DNA of 62,394 bases, the filler included. It is 8 parts of 8 records of this genome, joined end to end, with 100 filler letters (N's around TTAATTAATTAA, not from the genome) between each part and the next. Parts side by side here need not be neighbours in the genome. Positions count along the whole stretch, not along the records: positions 14,263 to 23,502 come from DRR723986_21466; positions 23,603 to 30,832 come from DRR723986_21554; 6 more parts are not named here. One strand, given 5' to 3'. This document shows positions 20,301 through 30,015 of the stretch, piece after piece. Numbering within the stretch: the stretch's first letter is position 1; the number at the start of each line of letters is the position of its first letter. A model generated the notes under the pieces. That model saw only the letters and a program-made list of their open reading frames with translations. It was not told the DNA's origin and did no database searches. A program made the position numbers and the translations under genes.

Positions 20301-23300
20301 CGCCGCGCTGCGCGTGCGAGGCCGGGTTCAAGCCCGAGGACCTCAAGGTGGTCGGCGCGCAGTGGGTCGGGCGCTGCGCCGCGGTGGAGTGCCCGCTCGG
20401 CACCGCGGGGGCGGACCACCCCGCGTGCCGGTGCGGCGACGGCTACAAGGGCACCGTGGCGTGGAAGGCGGCCACGTGGTCGTGGGAGGCCAGCTGCGCG
20501 CTCGTGGGCTGCCCCGCGCCGTCGCTGCAGAGCGTGCCGGGCCGCTGCGCGTGCCCCGTGGCGTACACGGGCGCGTGCGAGTGGAACCACGTCACGGCGG
20601 AGTGGCGGTGCACGTGCGAGCGCAAGCCGTGCCCGTCGCTGAGCACCTTCAGCGCGGACACGGGCCTGTGCCAGTGCGACAAGTACGGCACGCTGGCGTG
20701 GGTGGTGGAGGAGGGCAAGTACGAGGGCAAGTGCTCCAACCAGCCGTTCGAGGGCCCGGGCACGCAGGCCGAGTGCGCGCTGACGGGCGTGGGGCACGTC
20801 TCGACGGAGATGATCCCCGGCGGCGGCTCGTTCAACCTGCACGGCAAGCAGGAGTGGGTGGTGATGTCGGGGCCGTTCGCCGACTTTGAGCTGCCGCACT
20901 TCCAGGCGCAGGCCACCAGCGCGCACTGGAAGCAGGTGGCGCGCGACCGCCAGTGCTTCGTGGAGGAGCCGTACGTGGCCGTGTTCAAGGACGTCGCGCT
21001 CAAGTGCGGCGAGTTCCACGTCCTGCTCAAGGCGCCCGAGCACGTGATGAACGACGCGCAGGAGGGCTGCCTGCACGCGCCGATCAGGCCCAAGCTGTAC
21101 GTCAAGGGCACCGGCGCGGACGGGCACAAGTACGAGGCCGTGGACATTCTGCCCTCGATCGGCAACGACCACACCGTCGCGTTCCACGGCGGCTCGCTCC
21201 GCGTGTCCGGCAACGCCTGCCGCGACGGGTGCCCGAACACGAACATCCCCGCCGACCGCAACCTGCGCGCCGTGGAGTTCTCGTTCTACTGCGGCGAGCC
21301 CGACACGGACCGCGACACGGAGGTGCTCGTCACGTCGGACTGCGTCGCCAGCGGCGGCTGCTTCACCGACCTGCACATCAACGTGCCCCCCGCCAGCAAC
21401 ATGGCCGAGCTCAAGGACGGCACCATGGCGCGCGGCGTGTGCGGCGGCTGGGCGGAGGAGGTCTCCGGCGACACGTCGCAGTTCCACAGCGCCTGCCGCA
21501 ACCTGCAGCCGTTCGCGTTCTACCCCGACGGCTCGTGCGTCAACCACTTCACCACCAAGGAGTTCAACAGCGTGTTCCGCAAGTTCGAGCAGTGGACCAA
21601 CAACGGCGACGACCGCTACGACGCGTGGAAGTGGGACGTCGGCGGCCAGAAGGGCAACGGCGACAACGGCGAGCCCGAGCGCCCCGTCGACGAGGCCCGC
21701 CTGGACGCCGTGCACGCAAAGTGCATCGAGTTCCGCAAGCGCCTCGACTCGCGCGAGGAGGCCGCGCTCGACCCCCGGGCGAGCACCATCGACAGCATGC
21801 TGGTCAAGGTGTCCGAGGCGTGCGCGGAGGACATGTACTGGGGCATCCCGTGGACTGCCGAGACGATGCGCGGCCACGTCTGCAGCGCCGTCGCGCCCAA
21901 GGTGCGTTTCGAGCGCATGGACATCAAGTGCGCCTCGGTCAAGCTGCACCAGGGCGACCACGTCGGCCAGGACGTGCTGGAGGAGGTGCGCAAGGACTGC
22001 CACACCTGCCTGCCCCCGCGCACCGCGGGCCAGACCGTCGCCGCGGACCTCACCGAGAACCACAACCTGCTCGACGAGCTGCTGTCGAGCCTCAACTCGA
22101 TCAAGAAGATGTCCTTCCCCGGCTGCGAGTTCGACCCCACCGACGTGTCCGAGCTCGACTGCGAGAACCACGTGTTCCGCAACACGGGCGAGTGGCGCTG
22201 CGGCCGCGCCATCCCGCCGCCCCTCACCAACTTTATCGGCGAGTGCAAGTCGGACCTGGACGGCGACACGTGCACGGCCGAGTGCAAGCTCGCCTACACG
22301 CGCACGGGCAACCAGCAGAGCGGCCTGATGGTGTGCGAGAAGGTGCAGGGCGAGGGCATCGAGGGCGTCGACGTCGAGATGAAGTGGTCCACCCCCACCC
22401 TGGCCTGCAGGGCGTGCCACAACTGCGACCAGGAGGCCGAAGAGCGCCTCGAGAAGTGCTCCTCGGACACGGACACCGTCTGCGGGTGCAAGGCCGGGTC
22501 CGCCGGCCCGGTCAGCACGTTCGGCGTGCCCACCGGCTGCCAGCTGTGCGCCGCTGGCAAGTTCGCCGACAAGGTTGGCCTGACCGAGTGCAAGCCCTGC
22601 GAGGCGGAGGTGTCCTTCAGCGCCCTGCGCGGCGCCACCGAGTGCACGCCCTGCCGTTCCTGCGGCAACGGCGAGGTGTTTGCCACCACCTGCGCCCCGT
22701 CCACCGACACTGTCTGCCAGTGCGACAAGGGCTTTGCGGGCGTTGCGGGCGACTGCCAGGGTGAACCCCCCCCCCCCCAAACAAATATTTCCCGGTTTCC
22801 CAACACAGCGTGGCTTTGTGGGGTTGGGCGCGGGAGAGAGTGTGTGGGTTCGCACTTGACGGTTGGTGGGTGCTGTTTTTGTTTTTTCGCAGCCTGCACG
22901 GGCACCACGTACTCGGACGAGAAGGGCTTGGGGCAGTGCAAGAGTGAGTCGGGGGCTGTCGTCGTCGTTGTTGTCGTTGTCGTTTTGAAACTCGGCCGCC
23001 GGATTGTTGCCCAACGCCCCTCCTCCCCCCTTTTTTTCTTTTGTTTCCCTTTCCTCAGCGTGCGCGACGTGCGGGGCGAACGAGGCCGTGAAGCAAGCGT
23101 GCACGGACAAGAGCAACACCGAGTGCCATTGCCGAGCCGGCTTTGCGGGCGTGTGGGGCAACTGCGTCGCGTGCGACAACACCAAGACGTTTGCGGCCAA
23201 GGACGGGCAACTGCAGTGCGATGGTGGGTCCTCGTGCCGCTCGTTTGCATCGCCCCCCTCTCTTTGTGTGTTGGCCAACCCGCAAGAGGGGGGTGGGGCG

Positions 23301-23433
23301 CGGTTTGTGGCGCGTGCAGAGTGCATGGAGTGCAACAACCCCCAGGAGCACGTCAAGGCCGAGTGCAACACCAAGGCAGACACGGTTTGCCAGTGCGACC
23401 ACATCAAGGCGCTGGAGAACGAGACGTGCTACC
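14304..23433 (+). CDS. Eukaryotic giant modular extracellular protein, partial at both ends. Exons 14304-14606, 14742-22760, 22893-22943, 23059-23223, 23320-23433
   Basis: Strong G/C-ending codon bias in exons, interrupted by low-complexity segments with GT..(Y)nCAG ends; splicing restores continuous Cys-rich repeats. PAN-like, LamG, AbfB-like, VWD-like, sushi and TNFR-like motifs are visible. Confidence 0.85.
14607..14741 (+). other. Spliceosomal intron (135 nt, phase 1)
   Basis: G|GTGAGG ... TTTTTTTGCTTGGCAG|, pyrimidine-rich, loses exon codon bias. Confidence 0.85.
17821..17890 (+). repeat. Coding (Thr-Gly-Gly-Gly)n linker repeat
   Basis: TGGGTGGGTGGGTGGGTGGGGGDG peptide from 12-nt tandem units. 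Confidence 0.85.
22761..22892 (+). other. Spliceosomal intron (132 nt, phase 1)
   Basis: G|GTGAAC ... TTTTTGTTTTTTCGCAG|; splicing gives DCQ-ACTGTTYS. Confidence 0.85.
22944..23058 (+). other. Spliceosomal intron (115 nt, phase 1)
   Basis: A|GTGAGT ... TTTCCCTTTCCTCAG|; removal fixes the frame shift between two Cys-rich ORFs. Confidence 0.9.
23224..23319 (+). other. Spliceosomal intron (96 nt, phase 1)
   Basis: G|GTGGGT ... GTGCAG|; splicing gives QCD-ECMECNN. Confidence 0.75.
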
Positions 23434-23502
23434 GTGAGTCACACCCCCCCCTCCCCTCGTCGTGCGTGCGTGGTGTGCGTGTGTGCGTGTGCGTGTGTGT
23501 GC
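23434..23502 (+). other. Start of a further intron with GT/GC microsatellite (contig end)
   Basis: C|GTGAGT donor followed by poly-C and (GT/GCGT)n. Confidence 0.75.
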
Positions 23503-23602
23503 NNNNNNNNNNNNNNNNNNNNNNNNNNNNNNNNNNNNNNNNNNNNTTAATTAATTAANNNNNNNNNNNNNNNNNNNNNNNNNNNNNNNNNNNNNNNNNN
23601 NN

Positions 23603-24710
23603 AGGTAAGCCCCTCGATCATCGGCATACCGACATGGTTGGAGAACTCCACCGGCGCGGCACCCGTGCCACCCTCGGCCCCGTCCACCACAATGAAATCA
23701 GGCGTGATGCCCGTCTTTAGCATCGCTTTGACCATGCACATAAATTCGCGCCTGTGGCCGATACAGAGCTTGAAACCAACAGGTTTGCCGCCTGACAAAT
23801 CCCGCAACGTGCCGATAAATTCCATCATTTCGATGGGGGTAGAGAACGCCGGATGCGCGGCAGGGGACACACAGTCCTTGCCCATCGGAACCCCGCGTGC
23901 CTCTGCAATCTCGGGGCTGATTTTGGACGCAGGCAACAGCCCGCCGTGCCCCGGCTTTGCCCCCTGGCTCAGCTTTAGCTCAATCATCTTGATCTGGTCC
24001 AGCGACGCGGTCTTACGGAACTTCTCAGGATCAAAATTGCCATCCTCGGCACGGCAACCAAAATACCCCGAGGCCACCTGATAAATCAGATCACCGCCGC
24101 CCGCCTTGTGATAACGGCTGACCGATCCTTCGCCGGTATCATGGGCAAAGCCGCCCATCTTCGCCCCGGTGTTCAGTGCCTGAATGGCATTGGCGGACAG
24201 CGAACCAAAGCTCATCGCGGAGATGTTATAGAGCGAGGCAGAATAGGGTTGCTTGCAGTCCGGCCCGCCAATCACCGTCCGAAAATCGGGATTGGTGATA
24301 TGCACCGGCTGCACCGAATGGGTGACCCAGGAATACCCCGCCTCATAAACCCGTTTTCGCGTGCCGAAGGGCCGCGCATCTTCTTGCCCTTTGGCGCGTT
24401 GATAGACCAAAGACCGGTCATCGCGGCTGAACGGTTCTTCGTCCTGATCGGATTCGATCAGATATTGGCGGATCTCCGGTCGGATCCCCTCAAAGAAAAA
24501 GCGCATGTGCCCCAGAACGGGATAGTTGCGCAGGATCGAATGGCTGGGTTGCAGGACGTCATAGATGCCCATGAGGCTGAGCACGGTCAGAACGGCCAAG
24601 GGCAGCAGGAACCAAACGGACCAAGCAAAAACCAAAACCAGACAGAGCGACCCCAACAGGACAACCCCGGCAAATGGAACAAAGCGGGTCATGTTTTTGA
24701 GGTCTGACAT
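23603..24710 (-). CDS. FMN-binding glutamate synthase family protein (YerD-like), 3' truncated
   Basis: N-terminal TM segment, NISAMSFGSLS, TGEG, ELKLSQGAKPG.GG, DGAEGGTGAAP. Confidence 0.88.
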
Positions 24711-24834
24711 CAAAGTCTCCGATTGGGTGAGGGCGGTGTTTCCAATGTGACGGGTTTGGCTGCTGACGCAAGCACTTGCTATTTGCGCGGTGCTTGCTTT
24801 TGTTGGCGGTCAATTGCCATCGAAGGAACGCAAA

Positions 24835-25935
24835 ATGTCTCAAGGTCCGCTTGCATCACTGAAAGTTGTTGAATTTTCCGGCCTTGGCCCTGCGCCGCTT
24901 GCGGGTCAATTGCTGGCCGATATGGGGGCCGAAGTGATCACCGTGGACCGTGCCGCAGCGCCCGCCGATCCAACGGACATAAATCGTCGCGGCAAAAAAT
25001 CCATTGTTCTGAACCTTAAGACAGATGCGGGTCTGGATGCCGCGCGGCGGCTGATTGCGGCAAGCGATGTTTTGATCGAAGGGTTCCGCCCCGGCGTGAT
25101 GGAGCGGTTGGGCCTTGGCCCGGATACCTGCCCGCAAACATTGATCTATGCGCGGATGACCGGCTGGGGGCAGGAGGGTCCATGGTCGCAAACAGCGGGT
25201 CATGACATTAATTATCTGTCTCTAACAGGGGCGCTTCATGCCATGGGGGCAGCAGATGCAGCGCCGGTGCCGCCGTTGAATCTGGTTGCGGATTACGGCG
25301 GCGGGACAATGTTTTTGATCTTTGGCATCCTGTCTGCGGTGATCGAACGCGGCGTGTCCGGCAAAGGGCAGGTGGTGGATGCGGCGATGGTGGATGGTGT
25401 GCCCGCGATGATGGGGCTGATCCACGGAATGCTGGCCCAGGGTTTCTGGAGCCAGGACCGCGGCGCGAACTGGTTGGATGGCGGCGCGCATTTCTATCGG
25501 TGCTATACCTGTGCAGATGGCAAATATGTCTCTGTGGGTGCGTTAGAGCCACAGTTCTACGCAACATTGCTTGAAAAACTGAAGTTGCCCGAGGATCTTC
25601 GTGCGTCCCAAAACGACCGTAAAACATGGCCAGAGATGAGCGATCGATTTGCCAGTATTTTCGTCAGCAAGGACCGGGATGAATGGGCCAGGGTTTTTGA
25701 CGGTTCGGATGCCTGTGTCGCGCCTGTTCTTGGGTTCTCCGAAGCGCCGGACCACCCGCATATGGCCCACCGGCAGTCGCTGGTCGATGTGGGAGGCAAG
25801 ATACAATCCGCCCCTGCCCCCCGATTTTCGCGAAGCCAGCCAAGGCCGCCAGCGGCGCCCGGTGCAATGGGCGCAGAGACGTCAGAGATCCTGCGGCGCT
25901 TGGGCTATTCCGAACAAGAGATCGCTGCGCTTTAG
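24835..25935 (+). CDS. CaiB/BaiF CoA transferase (alpha-methylacyl-CoA racemase-like)
   Basis: GLGPAP, EGFRPGVMERLGLGP, GHDINY, DYGGG motifs. Confidence 0.88.
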   Translation: MSQGPLASLKVVEFSGLGPAPLAGQLLADMGAEVITVDRAAAPADPTDINRRGKKSIVLNLKTDAGLDAARRLIAASDVLIEGFRPGVMERLGLGPDTCPQTLIYARMTGWGQEGPWSQTAGHDINYLSLTGALHAMGAADAAPVPPLNLVADYGGGTMFLIFGILSAVIERGVSGKGQVVDAAMVDGVPAMMGLIHGMLAQGFWSQDRGANWLDGGAHFYRCYTCADGKYVSVGALEPQFYATLLEKLKLPEDLRASQNDRKTWPEMSDRFASIFVSKDRDEWARVFDGSDACVAPVLGFSEAPDHPHMAHRQSLVDVGGKIQSAPAPRFSRSQPRPPAAPGAMGAETSEILRRLGYSEQEIAAL

Positions 25936-26051
25936 CAGAGCCTAATTCGGCATGCCTGCCAATGAAAAACCCAAACAGCGCCACTTGATCGGTCAGGCGG
26001 AAACCCCACATTCCCGTATCGCCGCCATATAGGATCGGGTAGTCTGCTTTC

Positions 26052-26699
26052 ATGAAAGACAGCGCCACCACAGATAGCCAATTGGATTTGGACAAGGTCA
26101 TTGTCTGCCCGCAATGCGATGCGGTTTTTCAGCTTGTCCGTCCGCAGCATGGTGAACGGGCCAAATGCCAACGCTGTCACAAAGTTCTGATTGCGCCGCG
26201 CAGAAACGCAGGCCTGCACATCATCGCTGTGGCATTGTCGGTTCTGTTCCTGATCATTGGTGCGGCGATTTTTCCGTTTCTGACCATCGACGCGGCCGGG
26301 AACAAAAATGCGGTTTCTATCCTTGATGCGGCTTTGGCGTTCTCGGGTGGGCCGATGATCATATTGTCATTGGCAACGGCGGCATTGATTATTCTGTTCC
26401 CGCTGTTTCGCGTATTGCTGACGCTCTATGTTCTGGTGCCCGTGGTGCTGGACCGACCGCCAGCCCGCCATGCGATCCGCGCATTCCGGTTGTCAGAGGC
26501 AATGCGCCCATGGTCGATGGCCGAGATTTTTGCAATAGGCTGCGCCGTTGCATTGGTTAAGGTCGCGGATCTGGCTCATGTGGGTTTTGGTCCGGCGTTC
26601 TGGATGTTTGGTATTCTTGTTGTTCTGGTGATCGCGCAGGACAGCTTTATGTGTAAATGGTCTGTATGGAACTCTCTGGAACACCCAAAAAAATCGTAA
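26052..26699 (+). CDS. pqiA: Paraquat-inducible protein A, first half
   Basis: CPQCD...CQRC zinc-ribbon, TM helices, PWSMAEIF. Confidence 0.88.
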   Translation: MKDSATTDSQLDLDKVIVCPQCDAVFQLVRPQHGERAKCQRCHKVLIAPRRNAGLHIIAVALSVLFLIIGAAIFPFLTIDAAGNKNAVSILDAALAFSGGPMIILSLATAALIILFPLFRVLLTLYVLVPVVLDRPPARHAIRAFRLSEAMRPWSMAEIFAIGCAVALVKVADLAHVGFGPAFWMFGILVVLVIAQDSFMCKWSVWNSLEHPKKS

Positions 26700-27331
26700 G
26701 CGCCCGTGATCTGGGTATCGTGGCCTGTAGCCGTTGCTCCAAAGCATGGCCGCTGGGCACGCAGACCTGTGCGCGATGCGGTCACGCGCTGGTGTCCCGT
26801 GACCCAATGAGCCTGCAACGAGTGTGGGCCTATTGGGTCATGGGGCTGATCTGCTATGTGCCCGCAAATCTGTTTCCGATGCTGCAAACCAGAACGCTGT
26901 TTCAGGTGGATGAAAGCACGATCATCGGCGGCGCGGTCGAACTGGCGCATCATGGCAATCTGGGCATCGCCGCGATTATCATCTTTGCCTCTGTGGTGAT
27001 CCCATTGGGCAAGTTCTGGGCCGTGGCGTTTCTCGCGCTCAGCGTCAAGAACAGGTCAATGGTGTCAAAAGGCATGCGCCAATTCCTGTATGAGATTGTG
27101 GAATACATCGGGCGCTGGTCGATGATTGATATCTTTGTGGTTGCGATCCTGTCATCTCTGGTGCAACTCAAGGCATTGGCCGCCATCAATCCCGGCACTG
27201 CGGCAATGTTCTTTGCACTTTCGGTTATCTTTACGATGCTGTCAGCGCAGGCGTTCGATTCCCGTCTGATCTGGGACGTTCAAGCCAAAGACAAATCAGC
27301 CAGGGAAGGGGGCGCAGAGATCAATGAATGA
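26657..27331 (+). CDS. pqiA: Paraquat-inducible protein A, second half (start uncertain)
   Basis: CSRC..CARC, YVPAN, GRWSMIDIFVV, FDSRLIWD. Confidence 0.88.
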   Translation: MVCMELSGTPKKIVSARDLGIVACSRCSKAWPLGTQTCARCGHALVSRDPMSLQRVWAYWVMGLICYVPANLFPMLQTRTLFQVDESTIIGGAVELAHHGNLGIAAIIIFASVVIPLGKFWAVAFLALSVKNRSMVSKGMRQFLYEIVEYIGRWSMIDIFVVAILSSLVQLKALAAINPGTAAMFFALSVIFTMLSAQAFDSRLIWDVQAKDKSAREGGAEINE

Positions 27332-29408
27332 CGACCTGCCAGATGTATCTGTATCGCCCGCCCGCAAGGTGTTCCTGAGCGGGGCATCGGTGATCTGGAT
27401 CATTCCGATCCTCGCCTTGCTGGTTGCCTTGACGGTCGCGTGGCAATCCTACAACGAGCGCGGTCCCTTGATCACGGTCGAGTTTGAGAACGGCGCGGGC
27501 ATTCAGGCCGGAGAAACCGAGCTGAAGTTTCGCGATGTGACGGTTGGCATTGTTGAAAAGGTCGGCTTTACCGCATCCCTGTCCAAGGTCACCGCGCAAA
27601 TTCGTGTGGAAAAGGAAGTTGCGCCTTTCATTGACGCCAGCGCGGTGTTCTGGATTGTCCAGCCAGAGGTGACCGCGCAAGGAATTACCGGACTCAGCAC
27701 GGTTCTGAGTGGTGTCTACATCGAGGGATCTTGGGACGATCAGATGGGTGCTTATGCCAACCTCTTTCAAGGGGCATCCGAGGCACCGTTGATCCGGCCG
27801 GGGCAATCCGGCCTTGAGATTGCTTTTAGAACCACGGCCAATGGCCAACTGACGGACAATGCGCCGATCCTCTACAAAGGTATCGAAGTGGGCCGCGTGG
27901 GACGTGCCAAAATTGACCCGCGCAACAATTACGCCGTGGTCGAGGCGTTGATTTTCGAAGAGCACCGGACACTCGTCAACCAATCGACCCGATTTTGGGA
28001 TGCTTCCGGCTTCAGCGTGACACTTGGCCCCGCAGGCGCCGAGATTGATTTTTCCTCTCTCGCAACGCTGGTCGGCGGGGGTATCACCTTTGATACTTTT
28101 GTGTCGGGCGGTGACCGCGTTCAGGACGGCACCATATTTGAGATTTTCCCGGACAAGGAAACCGCGCGGAACTCGGTCTTTAACGCATCTGAAGTCACAC
28201 CACTGAAGCTGAGCGTGATTTTTGATGACAATATTTCTGGCCTTGTTGTGGGCGCACCTGTTGAATTGAGCGGCCTCAAAATTGGCGAGGTTGAGGCGCT
28301 GTCGGGCATCGTTGATTACAACCAATTTGGTGACAGCCGTGTGCGGCTCAACGTCAACCTTTCGATCCAACCCGCCCGCCTTGGTCTGCCGGTCGATGTG
28401 AATGCGGAAAATGCACTGATCTTCTTGCAGGAACGTGTGAGCAATGGCCTGCGTGCGCGGCTGGCTTCGGCCAGTTTGCTGACCGGCGGGCTCAAGGTTG
28501 AATTGGTGATGGTCGAAGAGGCACCGCCTGCACGTCTGGTCGCGGATGGCGATGCATTGCCTGTCCTGCCCACCACATTTAGCGAAACCTCCGACGCGGC
28601 CGCGACGGTCGAGGGGGTGTTTACCCGTATCAACAATTTGCCCATCGAGGAATTGCTCAACAGCGCGATTTCATTCCTCAATTCGGCTGAGGCATTGGTC
28701 ACCGACGAAGACCTGCGTGAGACACCGCAGGATTTGCGCCTGTTGTTGGCCGAATTGCAGGGGCTTGTGACCTCGGATGATGTGCAAAATATCCCGGTGG
28801 CCCTGAACGCCACGCTGACGCGGGTGGAAACGTTGGTGGCGGCGCTGGAACGCGAACAGATTGCCGAACGGCTGTCCGCCGCTCTGGATGGGGCAACCGC
28901 TGCTGCAAATTCCGTGACGACCTCTGTTGAGGGGGTGCCGGCATTGGTGGGCCAGATCCAGGCTGTTGCGGCCAAGGCCGAAACGCTTGAGCTCAACCAA
29001 CTGGTGGAGGAGTTGACCGCCCTGACCAAATCGGCGGATGCGGTGATTGGAACGGATGCGGCGGTCGCCTTGCCCGGATCACTGAAGCGGGCGCTGGATG
29101 AGGTGAACTATACCTTGCAGGAGTTGCGCGAGGGCGGTGCGATTGAAAACGTGAACAAGACCTTGGCATCGGCCCGGAATGCGGCGGACAGCATCGCGGT
29201 TTCGGCCAAGGATCTGCCAAACATCGTCGATCGCCTGACCCGCCTGTTTGCCCAGGCGAGCCGCACAATTGAGGGGTACAACAAGGGCGAAGAGATCAGC
29301 CGCTCTGCCCAAGACACCCTGCGCGATATTCAGAAAGCCGCCGATGCCCTTGCATCTTTGGCGCGGACCATTGAACGTAACCCCAATTCGCTTTTGCTGG
29401 GACGATAA
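27324..29408 (+). CDS. pqiB: Intermembrane transport protein PqiB (multi-MCE)
   Basis: IWIIP TM anchor, three MCE-like domains (FWIV.P, TRFW..SG, GAPVE..G..IG.V), long helical tail ending RNPNSLLLGR. Confidence 0.9.
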   Translation: MNDDLPDVSVSPARKVFLSGASVIWIIPILALLVALTVAWQSYNERGPLITVEFENGAGIQAGETELKFRDVTVGIVEKVGFTASLSKVTAQIRVEKEVAPFIDASAVFWIVQPEVTAQGITGLSTVLSGVYIEGSWDDQMGAYANLFQGASEAPLIRPGQSGLEIAFRTTANGQLTDNAPILYKGIEVGRVGRAKIDPRNNYAVVEALIFEEHRTLVNQSTRFWDASGFSVTLGPAGAEIDFSSLATLVGGGITFDTFVSGGDRVQDGTIFEIFPDKETARNSVFNASEVTPLKLSVIFDDNISGLVVGAPVELSGLKIGEVEALSGIVDYNQFGDSRVRLNVNLSIQPARLGLPVDVNAENALIFLQERVSNGLRARLASASLLTGGLKVELVMVEEAPPARLVADGDALPVLPTTFSETSDAAATVEGVFTRINNLPIEELLNSAISFLNSAEALVTDEDLRETPQDLRLLLAELQGLVTSDDVQNIPVALNATLTRVETLVAALEREQIAERLSAALDGATAAANSVTTSVEGVPALVGQIQAVAAKAETLELNQLVEELTALTKSADAVIGTDAAVALPGSLKRALDEVNYTLQELREGGAIENVNKTLASARNAADSIAVSAKDLPNIVDRLTRLFAQASRTIEGYNKGEEISRSAQDTLRDIQKAADALASLARTIERNPNSLLLGR

Positions 29409-29409
29409 G

Positions 29410-29973
29410 ATGACATTTCACTGCCGGTCTTTGATTGTGGGTCTGACGCTGCTGCTTGCCGCCTGCGGCAGCGCCGAACGTTTTGCCGTCAGCACGCCTC
29501 CTGTGACCGAAAAGGTCCGCATTGCATTTTCATCGGTTGAAGTGCGCGATGTGTCTTTGCCAAGCTATGCAGCAGCAGATGAGATCCATCTGCAAGCGGC
29601 GGACGGCACGCTCAAAAGTTCGTCAGACGTCCTTTGGGCCGATGCGCCGGAACGGGCGGTCGCGCTTGAGCTGAGCCGGAACCTCGCCCAGATGACGGGC
29701 CGCGCCATCGCATCCGAGCCCTGGCCGTTTGAGGCCTTTCCATCCGCCCGGCTGGAATTGCGGTTTTCCGATCTCGTTGCGACCAGCGACGGGGTGTTCC
29801 GCACCACCGGTCAGTATTTTGTGGCGGTCCGCGACGGGGGTCGGGAGCGTTCTGGTTTGTTTGATCTGAGCGTGCGTTTTGATCCAAAAGGCGGGCCAAG
29901 TGCAATTGCACAGGCACGCGGCCAACTGATCCTGGATCTGTCGCGCTATATCGCTGTGAATGGGCTAAAGTAA
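29410..29973 (+). CDS. pqiC: PqiC family lipoprotein
   Basis: Lipobox LAAC, V.LP.Y, WA..P; follows pqiB. Confidence 0.82.
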   Translation: MTFHCRSLIVGLTLLLAACGSAERFAVSTPPVTEKVRIAFSSVEVRDVSLPSYAAADEIHLQAADGTLKSSSDVLWADAPERAVALELSRNLAQMTGRAIASEPWPFEAFPSARLELRFSDLVATSDGVFRTTGQYFVAVRDGGRERSGLFDLSVRFDPKGGPSAIAQARGQLILDLSRYIAVNGLK

Positions 29974-30015
29974 GCAGACCGCGCAGCTTGTGTTACCGCG
30001 CGGCTGTCAATTGCC

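Noticed and set aside
14276-23407. 3043-aa antisense ORF and other long alternative-frame ORFs (14674-17901, 17971-20889, 20953-22764)
   Set aside because: Shadow ORFs caused by extreme GC3 bias; Arg/Ala/Gly/Val-rich translations with no domain motifs
14345-23437. The uninterrupted 3030-aa ORF as a prokaryotic giant protein
   Set aside because: It reads through two in-frame introns and goes out of frame after 22943; GT-AG introns with pyrimidine tracts show it is a spliced eukaryotic gene
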